The notes: a model not told the origin generated them from the letters alone. A stretch of 64,000 nucleotides of DNA from Escherichia coli (GCF_003790525.1 NZ_CP033635.1); one strand, 5' to 3'; shown: positions 23,126-32,863, numbered from the stretch's first letter. Translations and numbers: made by a program.

Positions 23126-23875
23126 ATGACCACTTTCACCGACAAAGAACTGATTAAAGAAATCAAAGAGCGTATCAGCAGCCTGGACGTTCGAGACAAT
23201 ATTGAACGCCGGGCTTATGAAATTGCACTGGCATCGCTGGAAGCAGATCCAGTTGCTTATATTTTCAAACATCCGGCCGGGAAATTATTCTGGGCTTTGA
23301 CGGATGAAAGCAATAAAGAGCAATCGGACGTTATTCCTGTTTATGCCGCCCCTCCAGTGCCAGTAGTACCTGAAGAAAAACCAATGCCTAACCCTCTTAA
23401 AATGTACGCGGTCGATGCTGTTGCCGCTATTGCAGAGGTGAGAGGCTGGAACGCCTGCCGCGCCGCCATGCTTCAGGCCGAACCTGTAAGTAATAGTGAT
23501 GAGTTACCGCTGGACTATCTGCAAGGACACAAAGACGGCCTGGAGTGGGCTGCACAATTGGCAGAAGCCAATCATCCGCAAACAGGTGACTGGTTGTACG
23601 ACGACCCAATCGATCTTGCCAGGGCGATTCGCAAAGGTCCTGATATGCCTACTGTTCAGGCTGGCAACTATCCGGTAACTCCGGATGGTTGGATAAGCTG
23701 TAGTGAGCGAATGCCCGCTCAAGATGATTGGATTTTTATTTATTCAAAGCACGGCGAGTATATGGCAGGACAGGTACAAGGGGAATACGTGGAGTTGAGC
23801 GACGGCACTTTATCGTGGTTAGGGAACGCCTTGTACTGGATGCCTCTACCGGAACCGCCGCAGGAGGTTAATTGA
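23126..23875 (+). CDS. DUF551-like phage protein
   Basis: Start MTTFTDKEL with SD AAGGAGAG; C-terminus GEYVELSDGTLSWLGNALYWMPLPEPP. Confidence 0.45.
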   Translation: MTTFTDKELIKEIKERISSLDVRDNIERRAYEIALASLEADPVAYIFKHPAGKLFWALTDESNKEQSDVIPVYAAPPVPVVPEEKPMPNPLKMYAVDAVAAIAEVRGWNACRAAMLQAEPVSNSDELPLDYLQGHKDGLEWAAQLAEANHPQTGDWLYDDPIDLARAIRKGPDMPTVQAGNYPVTPDGWISCSERMPAQDDWIFIYSKHGEYMAGQVQGEYVELSDGTLSWLGNALYWMPLPEPPQEVN

Positions 23876-24159
23876 TGGTCTCCTTCGCGAAATATACGAT
23901 TATTGACTGGATAGCATTCATTCAGGTTTTGCTCATCTGGTTTTATATGGCTTACAGGAGTGGACAGTGGATTGTCAGTGTAGCCTGTAGCAATGGATGG
24001 CGTTGGTGGAACCGAAAGAATAAAAAAGCGCTGGCCTTGGCTTCGTTTTACGAAGCATTCAATCTTAACAGTCTTCAGCCTGGTTCTGTCGTTGTAGTCA
24101 CCACTCAAAGCGGCATGACGATACAAATTCACAAGCCAAAGGAGGAAGGTCGTGGCTAA
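23872..24159 (+). CDS. hypothetical small membrane protein
   Basis: 95 aa, hydrophobic N-terminal half. Confidence 0.3.
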   Translation: MMVSFAKYTIIDWIAFIQVLLIWFYMAYRSGQWIVSVACSNGWRWWNRKNKKALALASFYEAFNLNSLQPGSVVVVTTQSGMTIQIHKPKEEGRG

Positions 24160-24433
24160 CCTGCAACTTGCCGTTAAAGGTGAATACTTCGATGCCATGA
24201 TTCGCGGGGAGAAAACGGAAGAGTATCGCCTGTGTAATGACTACTGGAATAAGCGAATTATGTTCCGCGAGTATGACCGCCTGATTATCACAAAGGGATA
24301 TCCGAAGCGCGACGATTCCAGCCGCAGAATTGACGTCCCGTATGACGGATATGAAATCAAGACAATCACACATCCGCACTTCGGCGATAAACCGGTAAAG
24401 GTGTTCGCTATAAAGGTGAATATTGATGGCTAA
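24152..24433 (+). CDS. ASCH-domain protein
   Basis: 93 aa; GEYFDAMIRGEKTEEYR matches ASCH GxKxxExR signature. Confidence 0.5.
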   Translation: MANLQLAVKGEYFDAMIRGEKTEEYRLCNDYWNKRIMFREYDRLIITKGYPKRDDSSRRIDVPYDGYEIKTITHPHFGDKPVKVFAIKVNIDG

Positions 24434-24764
24434 ATCAGCAGCAGAGCGCAAAGCCGCGCAGCGCGCTCGGCAGTCCGCCGCCGGTGAGCGCAAAATTGAA
24501 CTGGTGCTGGATAAGCAGGAGCAGGAAATGCTGGCGCGGAACTGCGCCGCCCGGCGCCCTGGTCACGATCCCTATGAAATGGCCGAGTACATCGCGCTGC
24601 TGATCCGCCAGGATGATGCACGTGTGCGCGGGCGTATAAAATCGATCAGTAGAAAACGTTGCGGTAAGTGCGGCGAGAGAGTTCCAGTTAATTCATGTCC
24701 GTGTAATGGTGACTCGCAATGCTGGGTGACTAAAGGCTGGCATGAAACGAAATTAATAGTGTGA
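24423..24764 (+). CDS. small zinc-ribbon protein immediately upstream of the late operon (candidate late regulator)
   Basis: C-terminal CGKCGERVPVNSCPCNGDSQC cluster; stop codon lies inside GTGACATGTCAC palindrome. Confidence 0.35.
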   Translation: MMAKSAAERKAAQRARQSAAGERKIELVLDKQEQEMLARNCAARRPGHDPYEMAEYIALLIRQDDARVRGRIKSISRKRCGKCGERVPVNSCPCNGDSQCWVTKGWHETKLIV

Positions 24765-24772
24765 CATGTCAC
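24761..24772. promoter_or_regulatory. 12-bp perfect palindrome GTGACATGTCAC (copy 1)
   Basis: Identical copy at 44886-44897. Confidence 0.4.
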
Positions 24773-24813
24773 GAGTAGATTATGCATGATGAATTTGATG
24801 GGTTTTGAATACT

Positions 24814-24839
24814 GCCGCCAACTATGGCGGCTTTATTTT
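24814..24839 (+). terminator. rho-independent terminator at end of early/replication region
   Basis: gccgcca acta tggcggc hairpin then tttatttt. Confidence 0.55.
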
Positions 24840-24850
24840 GCATGGTACTA

Positions 24851-24865
24851 TTACCACAACGGTAA
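24851..24865. promoter_or_regulatory. TTACC-N5-GGTAA operator-like site (perfect) upstream of terminase small subunit
   Basis: TTACC ACAAC GGTAA; degenerate second copy at 24869-24883. Confidence 0.5.
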
Positions 24866-24882
24866 CTATTACCACGGTGGTT

Positions 24883-25479
24883 ATGATGCCTGCTGAACCT
24901 AAAACCTATAAACGCAAATCAACGCAATTTAAGCCGCTCACAGCAATGCAGGAGGCTTATTGCCAGTCATACATCAAAACGCCTGAAAACCAGACTCAGG
25001 CAGCGATTAACGCAGGATTCTCCCCAAATACAGCGGCAGTTAAAGCCAGTGTCATGATGCGCGATGAACGCATTCAAAAACGGATTGCCGAGTTGATGGA
25101 GGAGCGCAACAAACGAATGCGCGTCAGTGCTGATTACGTTCTCATGCGCCTGGTGGAGATCGACCAGATGGACGTGATCGATATCCTCAACGACGATGGG
25201 AGCCTTAAACCAATCCGTGAGTGGCCGAAAATCTGGCGCACTACGCTTAGTGGCTTTGATCTGTCATCGACCATCATGAACATGAACGAGGATTCGATAG
25301 AGACAATCCTCAAAAAAATTAAATGGCCTGACAAGGTGAAGAACCTCGAACTGATTGGTAAGCACGTCGACGTTAACGCGTTCAAAGAACGTCTGGATGT
25401 TAATGTGAATGTGACAATTGCTGATCGCATAGCAGCAGCCAGGAAGCGACTCAAAGAACGTCAGGATGGTAATCAGTGA
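24883..25479 (+). CDS. terminase small subunit
   Basis: Start MMPAEPKTYKRKSTQFKPLTAMQEAYCQSYIKT...; directly precedes terminase large subunit. Confidence 0.6.
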   Translation: MMPAEPKTYKRKSTQFKPLTAMQEAYCQSYIKTPENQTQAAINAGFSPNTAAVKASVMMRDERIQKRIAELMEERNKRMRVSADYVLMRLVEIDQMDVIDILNDDGSLKPIREWPKIWRTTLSGFDLSSTIMNMNEDSIETILKKIKWPDKVKNLELIGKHVDVNAFKERLDVNVNVTIADRIAAARKRLKERQDGNQ

Positions 25480-26950
25480 CAGATACAGCGTTATCTCCTG
25501 AAGAGCAGTTGATCGAGGATATTGCAGGGTTCACTCACGATCCGCTTGGCTATGCCCTCTATGCGTTCCCGTGGGGGAAGAGGGTACTGAACTGGCACAT
25601 GCCACCGGCCCACGTCAGTGGCAGGCTGATGCGTTCCGAGAGATACGTGATCACCTGCAGAATCCAGAGACGCGCTATCAGCCGCTTATGCTGGCACGCG
25701 CTTCTGGTCACGGTATTGGTAAATCCGCATTCATCTCAATGCTGATCAACTGGGGCATGTCCACTTGCGAGGATTGTAAGGTCGTGGTGACCGCCAACAC
25801 CGACAACCAGCTACGAACTAAGACCTGGCCGGAAATTATCAAGTGGTCGAACCTTGCTATCACGAAAGACTGGTTTACCTGTACCGCTACCGCGATGTAC
25901 AGCAATGATCCTGGGCACGACAAGCGGTGGCGAGCTGACGCAATCCCTTGGTCTGAGCACAACACTGAGGCATTCGCCGGACTACACAACGAGCGTAAAC
26001 GCATCATCGTGGTATTTGATGAAGCGTCGAACATTGCGGATCTGGTGTGGGAAGTTGCCGAGGGTGCGCTAACGGACGAAGACACTGAGATTATCTGGGT
26101 GGCGTTCGGAAACCCTACACGTAACACCGGACGTTTCCGCGAATGTTTCCGCAAATATAAACACCGCTGGAAAACTGCGCAGATTGACAGCCGAACGGTG
26201 GAAGGCACTAACAAACAGCAGTTGCAGAAATGGGTTGATGACTACGGGGAAGACAGCGACTTCGTTAAAATCCGTGTGCGCGGCATATTCCCTGATGCAT
26301 CTGAATTGCAGTTTATCCCTACCGGTCTTACTGATGAGGCAATGAAACGGGTGGTGACCGCTGCGCAGGTGGCGCATGCTCCGGTGATAATCGGTGTTGA
26401 CCCGGCATATTCAGGCGTTGATGACGCGGTGATATACCTGCGGCAGGGGCTACACAGTAAGGTGCTGTGGACTGGCAACAAGACTACCGACGATCTGATT
26501 ATGGCGAAGCGTATCGCTGACTTTGAAGACCAGTATCAGGCTGACGCGGTGTTCATCGACTTCGGTTACGGAACCGGTTTGAAGTCAATCGGTGATGGCT
26601 GGGGACGTACATGGCAACTTGTTCCGTTCGGTGGCGCGTCTACTGACCCGCAGATGCTCAACAAGCGTGGGGAGATGTTCAACTCATGCAAGACATGGCT
26701 GAGGCTCGGCGGCATGCTGGATGACCAGGAAACTGCAGACGACCTGTCGGCGGCAGAGTACAAAGTTCGTGTGGACGGTAAAATCGTTATCGAACCGAAG
26801 GAAGATATCAAAGAGCGGCTTGGGCGTTCGCCTGGTAAAGGCGATGCGCTACTGCTGACGTTTGCTTTCCCGGTGTCAAAGCGCCTGCGACTTCCCGGGC
26901 AGCAGAACCAGCAAGGCAAGGCGCTTACCGAGTACGATCCATATGCTTAG
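25476..26950 (+). CDS. terminase large subunit; frame changes (-1) in a G5 run at 25573-25577, so either frameshifted or it starts at GTG 25571
   Basis: Walker A ASGHGIGKS in frame of 25571-26950; upstream 32 codons (GTG 25476, overlapping terS stop, SD AGGA) are in the other frame. Confidence 0.7.
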
Positions 26951-27765
26951 TCTTTATTTTTATCCTCGAAACCTGATAATCCAGATAGAACACCAAAGTT
27001 ATTAAAAACGTTTGGCTTACCAGATTTTAATCCGGATAAGTTGTGTTGCTCCAAAAAGTTACTAATTGTTTGGCCGTTGCCAAGTGCAAGGCTTTTTATT
27101 TGAGATTTTTCAGGGTATTTGAGTTTGTATTCGTCGAAATCATTTTGGAGGGTCTTATATGCCTCATTCATTCTTCCAAGAGTTTCCGATATCTCTTTTA
27201 ATGAATGATTTAGAGCTGCTAACTGAGCACTGGCGGATCTCAATTCGTCATCTTTAGCTTTCAACTCGGCAGTCAATTCACCCATACTATTCTTTGATCG
27301 AATAATCTCTTCTTTCATCTCTTGGATGTCTTTTTCCGCGCCAGTCTTAACTTTGTCGTATGTAACATCTTTTTTAGCCAATAACCTCTGCAGTCTTGTT
27401 TCACGCTGGATTTTTCTTGCCTTCAGGTGATTTTCGATTGAGTCATTATTATCAAGAGGCTTTGCTTGCCATACGTTAATGATATTGTTTACCCATGGTA
27501 ATAGGCAGCAGATAGCAATTACAGATAAGCATGGATAAAACATAACAGTTTTCCATGTGCTGTTATCTGAGATATATGAAATTTTATCTATTATGTTTGA
27601 TTTGCTAAAAAATAGATAAAGAATTGATTTCCAGTTGAAGGCGCACCAGGACATAACAAAAGCACCAAGCACAGGGTTTTTGGCTCGATTCACGGCAGTA
27701 TTGGCAGTAGATAAAAACAGCTCTTTGAACGATTCAAACATGCTAATTACCTTGAAGTTTTTCAT
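26947..27765 (-). CDS. membrane-anchored coiled-coil protein, antisense to the packaging/structural genes (candidate accessory or exclusion protein)
   Basis: Start MKNFKVISMFESFKE; two hydrophobic segments then long coiled-coil; AT-rich; own upstream palindromic motif. Confidence 0.5.
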   Translation of the reverse strand: MKNFKVISMFESFKELFLSTANTAVNRAKNPVLGAFVMSWCAFNWKSILYLFFSKSNIIDKISYISDNSTWKTVMFYPCLSVIAICCLLPWVNNIINVWQAKPLDNNDSIENHLKARKIQRETRLQRLLAKKDVTYDKVKTGAEKDIQEMKEEIIRSKNSMGELTAELKAKDDELRSASAQLAALNHSLKEISETLGRMNEAYKTLQNDFDEYKLKYPEKSQIKSLALGNGQTISNFLEQHNLSGLKSGKPNVFNNFGVLSGLSGFEDKNKD

Positions 27766-27769
27766 GATT

Positions 27770-27784
27770 ATACCTTTAAGGTAA
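27770..27784. promoter_or_regulatory. TTACC-N5-GGTAA-like site (ATACC TTTAA GGTAA) immediately upstream of minus-strand membrane protein gene
   Basis: Core palindrome TACCTTTAAGGTA. Confidence 0.45.
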
Positions 27785-27901
27785 TTTGCGGTCATCAAGC
27801 AAAAAAATGCCCGGCGAACCGGGCGAACTGGAAGCAATGAGTTATGCCTTCCGTGGCTGTACGGGTTTACAGCATGAAGTCATCGCAATGGCGTCCTGCT
27901 G

Positions 27902-27944
27902 TAAAAAGGGCGGTGATAGTCCTTCAAGGGAAACCATCACCGCC
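27902..27944 (-). terminator. rho-independent terminator downstream of tRNA-Arg
   Basis: ggcggtgat...atcaccgcc hairpin followed by T6 on minus strand. Confidence 0.55.
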
Positions 27945-27987
27945 AAGCCCCTGGAACTTCTGGCATCACGGTCCTTAGGCGTGATTC

Positions 27988-28064
27988 TGGCGCGGCATGC
28001 AGGATTCGAACCTGCGACCAACCGCTTAGAAGGCGGTTGCTCTGTCCAACTGAGCTAATGCCAC
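27988..28064 (-). tRNA. tRNA-Arg (anticodon UCU), phage-encoded
   Basis: 77-nt cloverleaf folded by hand: acceptor GUGGCAU/AUGCCGC, D-stem GCUC/GAGC, anticodon stem ACCGC/GCGGU with loop CUUCUAA, T-arm GCAGG-UUCGAAU-CCUGC, encoded CCA. Confidence 0.85.
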
Positions 28065-28386
28065 AACGCTGAGAGCACTTAGCCTGTTAAGGCACCACAC
28101 TTTGTCGCGGCTCCATAAATGCTCTCATCGTTGCACCCTCGTCTCTTCCGAGGTGTCACACCGAATCGCCGGGATGGTGAATCCCCGTGCGCGGAATAAA
28201 ACCGCTCGACTTGCACATTCCGGCTACCTGGTTCGTTTGCCCGAGCAAGGGAGGGTGCCCCTTAAACGTATCCAGACCGCTATCGGCGCATGTGCCATAC
28301 ACCGTACTGCTCAAAATAAAAGCTCACCCCACCTGTTCAATTTAACGACAAGCCAGTCAGGTTAATAACCGGAATGAACTCTTTGC

Positions 28387-28401
28387 TTACCTGAAAGGTA
28401 A
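28387..28401. promoter_or_regulatory. TTACC-N5-GGTAA operator-like site (perfect) upstream of portal operon
   Basis: TTACC TGAAA GGTAA. Confidence 0.5.
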
Positions 28402-28480
28402 TAATTAGTGCAGTATCTACGATAAATAAATCACATGTGGTTAAATTGGTAATAATTTAATTGCGTACGGAGTCATTGAT

Positions 28481-28687
28481 ATGTGCATGGGTAGCTCACC
28501 ATCAGTGCCTGCAACACCAGAAGTTCAGGCAGCACCACAGGAGCAGGATGCCGCCGTTGTTGATGCCCGCGACGAAGAAACTCGTCGCCGTCGCGCTGCT
28601 GCTGGTCGTAGTTCTACGCTGCTTACCGGTTCTCAGGGCGACACATCAACCGCTAATACCAGCGGTAAAACGCTGCTTGGTCAGTAA
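28481..28687 (+). CDS. small protein preceding portal gene (hypothetical)
   Basis: Same SD context (GGAGTCATTGA-ATG) as portal gene. Confidence 0.35.
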   Translation: MCMGSSPSVPATPEVQAAPQEQDAAVVDARDEETRRRRAAAGRSSTLLTGSQGDTSTANTSGKTLLGQ

Positions 28688-28701
28688 CCGGAGTCATTGA
28701 A

Positions 28702-30381
28702 ATGGCGGAAACAACTAAAGAGCGATTGAACAAACAGTTCGCACAACTTGAAAGCGAGCGTCAGTCGTTCGAGCCGCACTGGCGCGAGTTGAGTGATTAC
28801 ATCAACCCGCGTGGTTCCCGCTTTCTGACTTCTGAGGTCAACCGTAACGATCGACGCAATACACGCATTATTGATTCGACCGGGACTATGGCGGCGCGCA
28901 CTCTCGCCAGCGGCATGATGTCAGGCATCACAAGCCCCGCGCGTCCGTGGTTTCGCCTGGCTACGCCAGATCCTGAAATGATGGATTATGGCCCTGTTAA
29001 GTTGTGGCTTGAGGCGGTGCAGAACCGCATGAACGATATGTTCAATAAGTCGAATCTCTACCAGTCTCTTCCGCAGTTATACGGAAGCCTCGGCACATAC
29101 AGCACTGGTGCAATGGCGGTGCTGGAGGATGACGAGGACATCATTCGCACAATGCCATTCCCGATAGGCAGTTACTACCTGGCTAACTCACCTCGTGGCA
29201 GTGTGGACACCTGTTTTCGCAAGTTCTCTATGACTGTTCGTCAGCTTGTTCAGGAGTTCGGGCTAAATAACGTCAGCGAATCCGTAAAAAGCATGTGGGA
29301 AAGCGGCACCTACGAGAAGTGGATTGAAGTGATGCATTCGGTTTACCCGAACATTGACCGCGATACATCGAAGCTGGATAGCAAGAACAAGCCATTCAAA
29401 TCGGTTTATTACGAGGTTGGTGGCGATAACGACAAGTTGTTGCGTGAGTCCGGATTCGATGAGTTTCCAATTATGGCTCCGCGCTGGGAAGTTAACGGCG
29501 AAGATGTTTATGGATCATCATGCCCGGGTATGCTGGCGCTTGGACCTGTTAAGGCATTGCAGCTTCTCCAGAAGCGCAAGTCGCAGTTGATTGATAAAGC
29601 CACCAATCCGCCGATGGTTGCTCCGACTTCCCTCAAGAATCAGCGCGCCTCCCTTCTTCCTGGCGACATAACGTATATCGATCAGATTACTGGTCAGGAT
29701 GGTTTCAGGCCTGCTTATCTGGTTAACCCCAGTACAGCAGATCTGGTAGCAGACATTCAGGACACCCGCCAAATCATTAACAGCGCCTACTTTGTCGATC
29801 TGTTCATGATGTTGCAGAACATCAATACCCGCTCGATGCCTGTTGAAGCGGTGATCGAAATGAAAGAAGAAAAACTTCTGATGTTGGGGCCGGTTCTGGA
29901 GCGTCTGAACGACGAATGTCTTAATCCTCTCATTGACCGCGCTTTCTCGATGATGGTGCGTAAAAACATGCTGCCGCCACCGCCTGACGCGATGGAAGGT
30001 ATGCCCCTGAAGGTCGAATACATTTCTGTCATGGCTCAGGCGCAGAAGTCTATCGGCCTGTCCAGTCTGGCGTCTACGGTCAACTTCATTGGTCAACTTG
30101 CGCAAGCGAAACCAGAAGCTCTCGACAAACTCAATGTTGATCAGGCGATCGATGCATTCGCTGATATGTCCGGAGTGTCTCCAACCGTCATTGTTCCGCA
30201 GGAACAGGTTGAGCAGGCTCGCCAGCAACGGGCACAGCAGCAACAGCAGCAACAAATGATGGCGATGGGAATGGCGGCGGCACAGGGCGCCAAGACGCTA
30301 AGCGAAGCTAAAACTTCGGATCCGAGTGTTTTGTCAGCTATGGCGAATGCAGTTAGTGGTCAGGGTGGGCAATCACAATGA
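28702..30381 (+). CDS. portal protein
   Basis: 559 aa; position after terminase, before scaffold and capsid; size typical for portal. Confidence 0.65.
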   Translation: MAETTKERLNKQFAQLESERQSFEPHWRELSDYINPRGSRFLTSEVNRNDRRNTRIIDSTGTMAARTLASGMMSGITSPARPWFRLATPDPEMMDYGPVKLWLEAVQNRMNDMFNKSNLYQSLPQLYGSLGTYSTGAMAVLEDDEDIIRTMPFPIGSYYLANSPRGSVDTCFRKFSMTVRQLVQEFGLNNVSESVKSMWESGTYEKWIEVMHSVYPNIDRDTSKLDSKNKPFKSVYYEVGGDNDKLLRESGFDEFPIMAPRWEVNGEDVYGSSCPGMLALGPVKALQLLQKRKSQLIDKATNPPMVAPTSLKNQRASLLPGDITYIDQITGQDGFRPAYLVNPSTADLVADIQDTRQIINSAYFVDLFMMLQNINTRSMPVEAVIEMKEEKLLMLGPVLERLNDECLNPLIDRAFSMMVRKNMLPPPPDAMEGMPLKVEYISVMAQAQKSIGLSSLASTVNFIGQLAQAKPEALDKLNVDQAIDAFADMSGVSPTVIVPQEQVEQARQQRAQQQQQQQMMAMGMAAAQGAKTLSEAKTSDPSVLSAMANAVSGQGGQSQ

Positions 30382-30674
30382 CAGATTACGAAGATGATCA
30401 ACTGAAAGAAGAAAACGCCCGTAAGCAACGTGACATGGCACAGCGTGAAATTGATGACATTCGCTTTGTCATGAGCAGTGAACAGGGGCGTCGCGTTGTC
30501 TGGTCGGTGCTGGAGAAAGGCCGTGTGTTTTCCGCTATCTCACCGATGGACGCTATGGCAATGGCATTTAATGAGGGGCAACGCAATCTGGCGCTGGAAC
30601 TGTTTCAGCGCGTTATGGCGCATTGCCCTGAACAGTATTTGAAGATGGCCAAAGAGGCCAGTGAACAGGAGTGA
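30378..30674 (+). CDS. hypothetical head protein
   Basis: 98 aa, coupled to neighbours. Confidence 0.35.
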   Translation: MTDYEDDQLKEENARKQRDMAQREIDDIRFVMSSEQGRRVVWSVLEKGRVFSAISPMDAMAMAFNEGQRNLALELFQRVMAHCPEQYLKMAKEASEQE

Positions 30675-31372
30675 TCATGAATTTATTTGAGCGTTTGCTG
30701 TATCGCCGTCTTTGCAATGAGCAACCAGTCGATGGTGGAGCAGCTCCGGCTGCGTCAGAACCGTCAGCGCCTGCAGGTGATAACCCTGCTCCAGTTGGTG
30801 ATCCATCACAACCGGAAGGTGATAAGCCACAACCTGTTGCTGATGGCGATAAACCTGCTGATGACAAAAAGCCTGAAAACGATAAGCAGGATGAAAAAAA
30901 GGACGGCGATAAACCAGAGGGTGCGCCTGAGAAGTACGAGTTTCAGGCTGCCGAAGGCGTAGAGCTGGATACAGAAGCGTTGAAGGAATTCGAGCCGGTG
31001 GCGCGAGAACTAAACCTGACCAACGAGCAAGCGCAAAAGCTGGTTGATGCTTATCCGAAGATTCTGGCAGGTGTTCAGCAGCGCCAGGCAGAAGCCTGGC
31101 AGAAAACAACCGAGCAGTGGGCTACGGATGTAAAAGCTGACAAAGAAATCGGTGGCGACAAGTTGATTTCTAACCTTAGCGCCGCACAGCGTGCGCTTGA
31201 CCAGTTCGGGACACCTGAACTCAAAGAATATCTGAACACCACCGGGCTGGGTAATCACCCTGATCTGGTCAAAACGTTCGTGAAAATCGGAAAGGCGATG
31301 TCTGAAGATGGCATGGTCACCGGTGGTAATGAAGGCCAGCGTAGTGCGGCCGAAGTGCTCTATGGCAAATAA
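30671..31372 (+). CDS. putative scaffolding protein
   Basis: Acidic, Pro/Asp/Lys-rich low-complexity N-terminal half; precedes major capsid gene. Confidence 0.45.
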   Translation: MIMNLFERLLYRRLCNEQPVDGGAAPAASEPSAPAGDNPAPVGDPSQPEGDKPQPVADGDKPADDKKPENDKQDEKKDGDKPEGAPEKYEFQAAEGVELDTEALKEFEPVARELNLTNEQAQKLVDAYPKILAGVQQRQAEAWQKTTEQWATDVKADKEIGGDKLISNLSAAQRALDQFGTPELKEYLNTTGLGNHPDLVKTFVKIGKAMSEDGMVTGGNEGQRSAAEVLYGK

Positions 31373-31380
31373 GAGAGGAA

Positions 31381-32373
31381 ATGACAATGGCTGTTAAAGG
31401 CTTAACTGCGCTAACGCTGGCTGACTGGGGTAAGCGCGTCGATCCAAACGGGAAAGTAGATAAGATTATCGAGCTTCTCGGTCAAACTAACCCGATCCTT
31501 CAGGATATGCCTTTTGTCGAAGGGAACCTTCCTACCGGACACCGAACCACCATTCGTTCTGGTTTACCTTCAGCTACCTGGCGTTTGCTGAACTATGGCG
31601 TACAGCCAAGCAAATCAACCACAGTGCAGGTAACCGATTCCGTTGGCATGCTGGAAACCTATGCTGAAGTCGATAAGTCACTGGCTGATCTGAACGGCAA
31701 TACCGCTGAATTCCGCCTGTCTGAAGACCGCGCATTTATTGAAGCGATGAATCAGCAGATGGCGCAGACGCTGTTTTATGGTGATTCCAGCGTTAACCCT
31801 CAGCAGTTTATGGGACTGTCCTCCCGCTATTCCAGCCTGTCTGCGGGTAATGCTCAGAACATCATTGATGCTGGTGGCACGGGTACAGATAACACCTCAA
31901 TCTGGTTAGTGGTGTGGGGCGAAAACACCGTGCATGGCATCTTCCCGAAAGGGCAGAAGGCTGGCATCCAGATGGAAGATAAAGGCCAGGTGACACTGGA
32001 AGATGCGAATGGCGGCAAGTACGAAGGCTACCGTACCCATTACAAATGGGACAACGGACTTGCTCTGCGTGACTGGCGTTATGTTGTTCGCATTGCAAAC
32101 ATCGATGTCAGCAATCTTTCAGAACCTTCCTCTGCCGCAAATATTGCGAAGTTGATGGTTAAAGCACTGCATCGCATTCCAAATCGTGGCATGGGTCGCC
32201 CGGTGTTCTACATGAACCGCACTGTAGGCCAGGCTCTTGATCTGCAATCTCTGGAGAAAACATCTCTGGCGATCAGCGTAAAAGAGACAGAAGGCGAGTG
32301 GTGGACTTCATTCCGTGGTGTACCAATCCGTGAAACTGATGCGCTTCTGGAAACAGAAGCCCGCGTGGTGTAA
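31381..32373 (+). CDS. major capsid protein
   Basis: 330 aa, strong SD GAGAGGAAATGACAATG; position after scaffold. Confidence 0.6.
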   Translation: MTMAVKGLTALTLADWGKRVDPNGKVDKIIELLGQTNPILQDMPFVEGNLPTGHRTTIRSGLPSATWRLLNYGVQPSKSTTVQVTDSVGMLETYAEVDKSLADLNGNTAEFRLSEDRAFIEAMNQQMAQTLFYGDSSVNPQQFMGLSSRYSSLSAGNAQNIIDAGGTGTDNTSIWLVVWGENTVHGIFPKGQKAGIQMEDKGQVTLEDANGGKYEGYRTHYKWDNGLALRDWRYVVRIANIDVSNLSEPSSAANIAKLMVKALHRIPNRGMGRPVFYMNRTVGQALDLQSLEKTSLAISVKETEGEWWTSFRGVPIRETDALLETEARVV

Positions 32374-32424
32374 CGCCTGTTATTAACCTGTGGGTCGTAA
32401 CAGACCCACTAATGGAGAAAGAAG

Positions 32425-32862
32425 ATGATCACCGACAAACTGTTGATGTTCTCCGAAGCTCAGGCGGTTACGAATACCGCGGCTTCTACTGACGTAATCG
32501 ATCTCGGTCCAATTGACGGAAAACGTCGTGATATCGGCGTGGGTTACCCGCTTGAGTTTTGGGCGCTGGTTAACACAGCCGCCGCGGCAAGCGGTGATGC
32601 AACTGTAAACATCCAGTTGCAGACGAGTGAGAATAACAGCTCATGGACCACTATTTATGATAGTGGCGCACTGGCAAAGACCGCCCTGACAGCAGGTAAA
32701 CGAGTTGTTTCTGCAAAGGTGCCTGCCGGTGTTCAGCGATATCTGCGTGTTAACTACTCCGTCGCAACTGGCCCACTAACGGCTGGCGAATTCACTGCTG
32801 GTATCAGTCTTGATGTTGATGCCAATACGCCGTATCCGATCCGCTCAAAAGTAACTGGTTAA
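32425..32862 (+). CDS. virion protein (possible capsid decoration/staple)
   Basis: 145 aa following capsid gene. Confidence 0.35.
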   Translation: MITDKLLMFSEAQAVTNTAASTDVIDLGPIDGKRRDIGVGYPLEFWALVNTAAAASGDATVNIQLQTSENNSSWTTIYDSGALAKTALTAGKRVVSAKVPAGVQRYLRVNYSVATGPLTAGEFTAGISLDVDANTPYPIRSKVTG

Positions 32863-32863
32863 G

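Noticed and set aside
25476-25745. 89-aa ORF as an independent gene
   Set aside because: Only its first ~32 codons look terminase-like; the remainder overlaps the Walker A frame. Interpreted as the out-of-frame N-terminus of terL.
27786-28058. 90-aa plus-strand ORF
   Set aside because: Overlaps the tRNA-Arg gene and its terminator on the opposite strand.
28102-28365. 87-aa plus-strand ORF in the tRNA upstream region
   Set aside because: No SD and no recognisable protein features; region treated as noncoding leader or promoter.
29518-30255. 245-aa minus-strand ORF inside the portal gene
   Set aside because: Antisense to a long supported structural gene; low-complexity translation.
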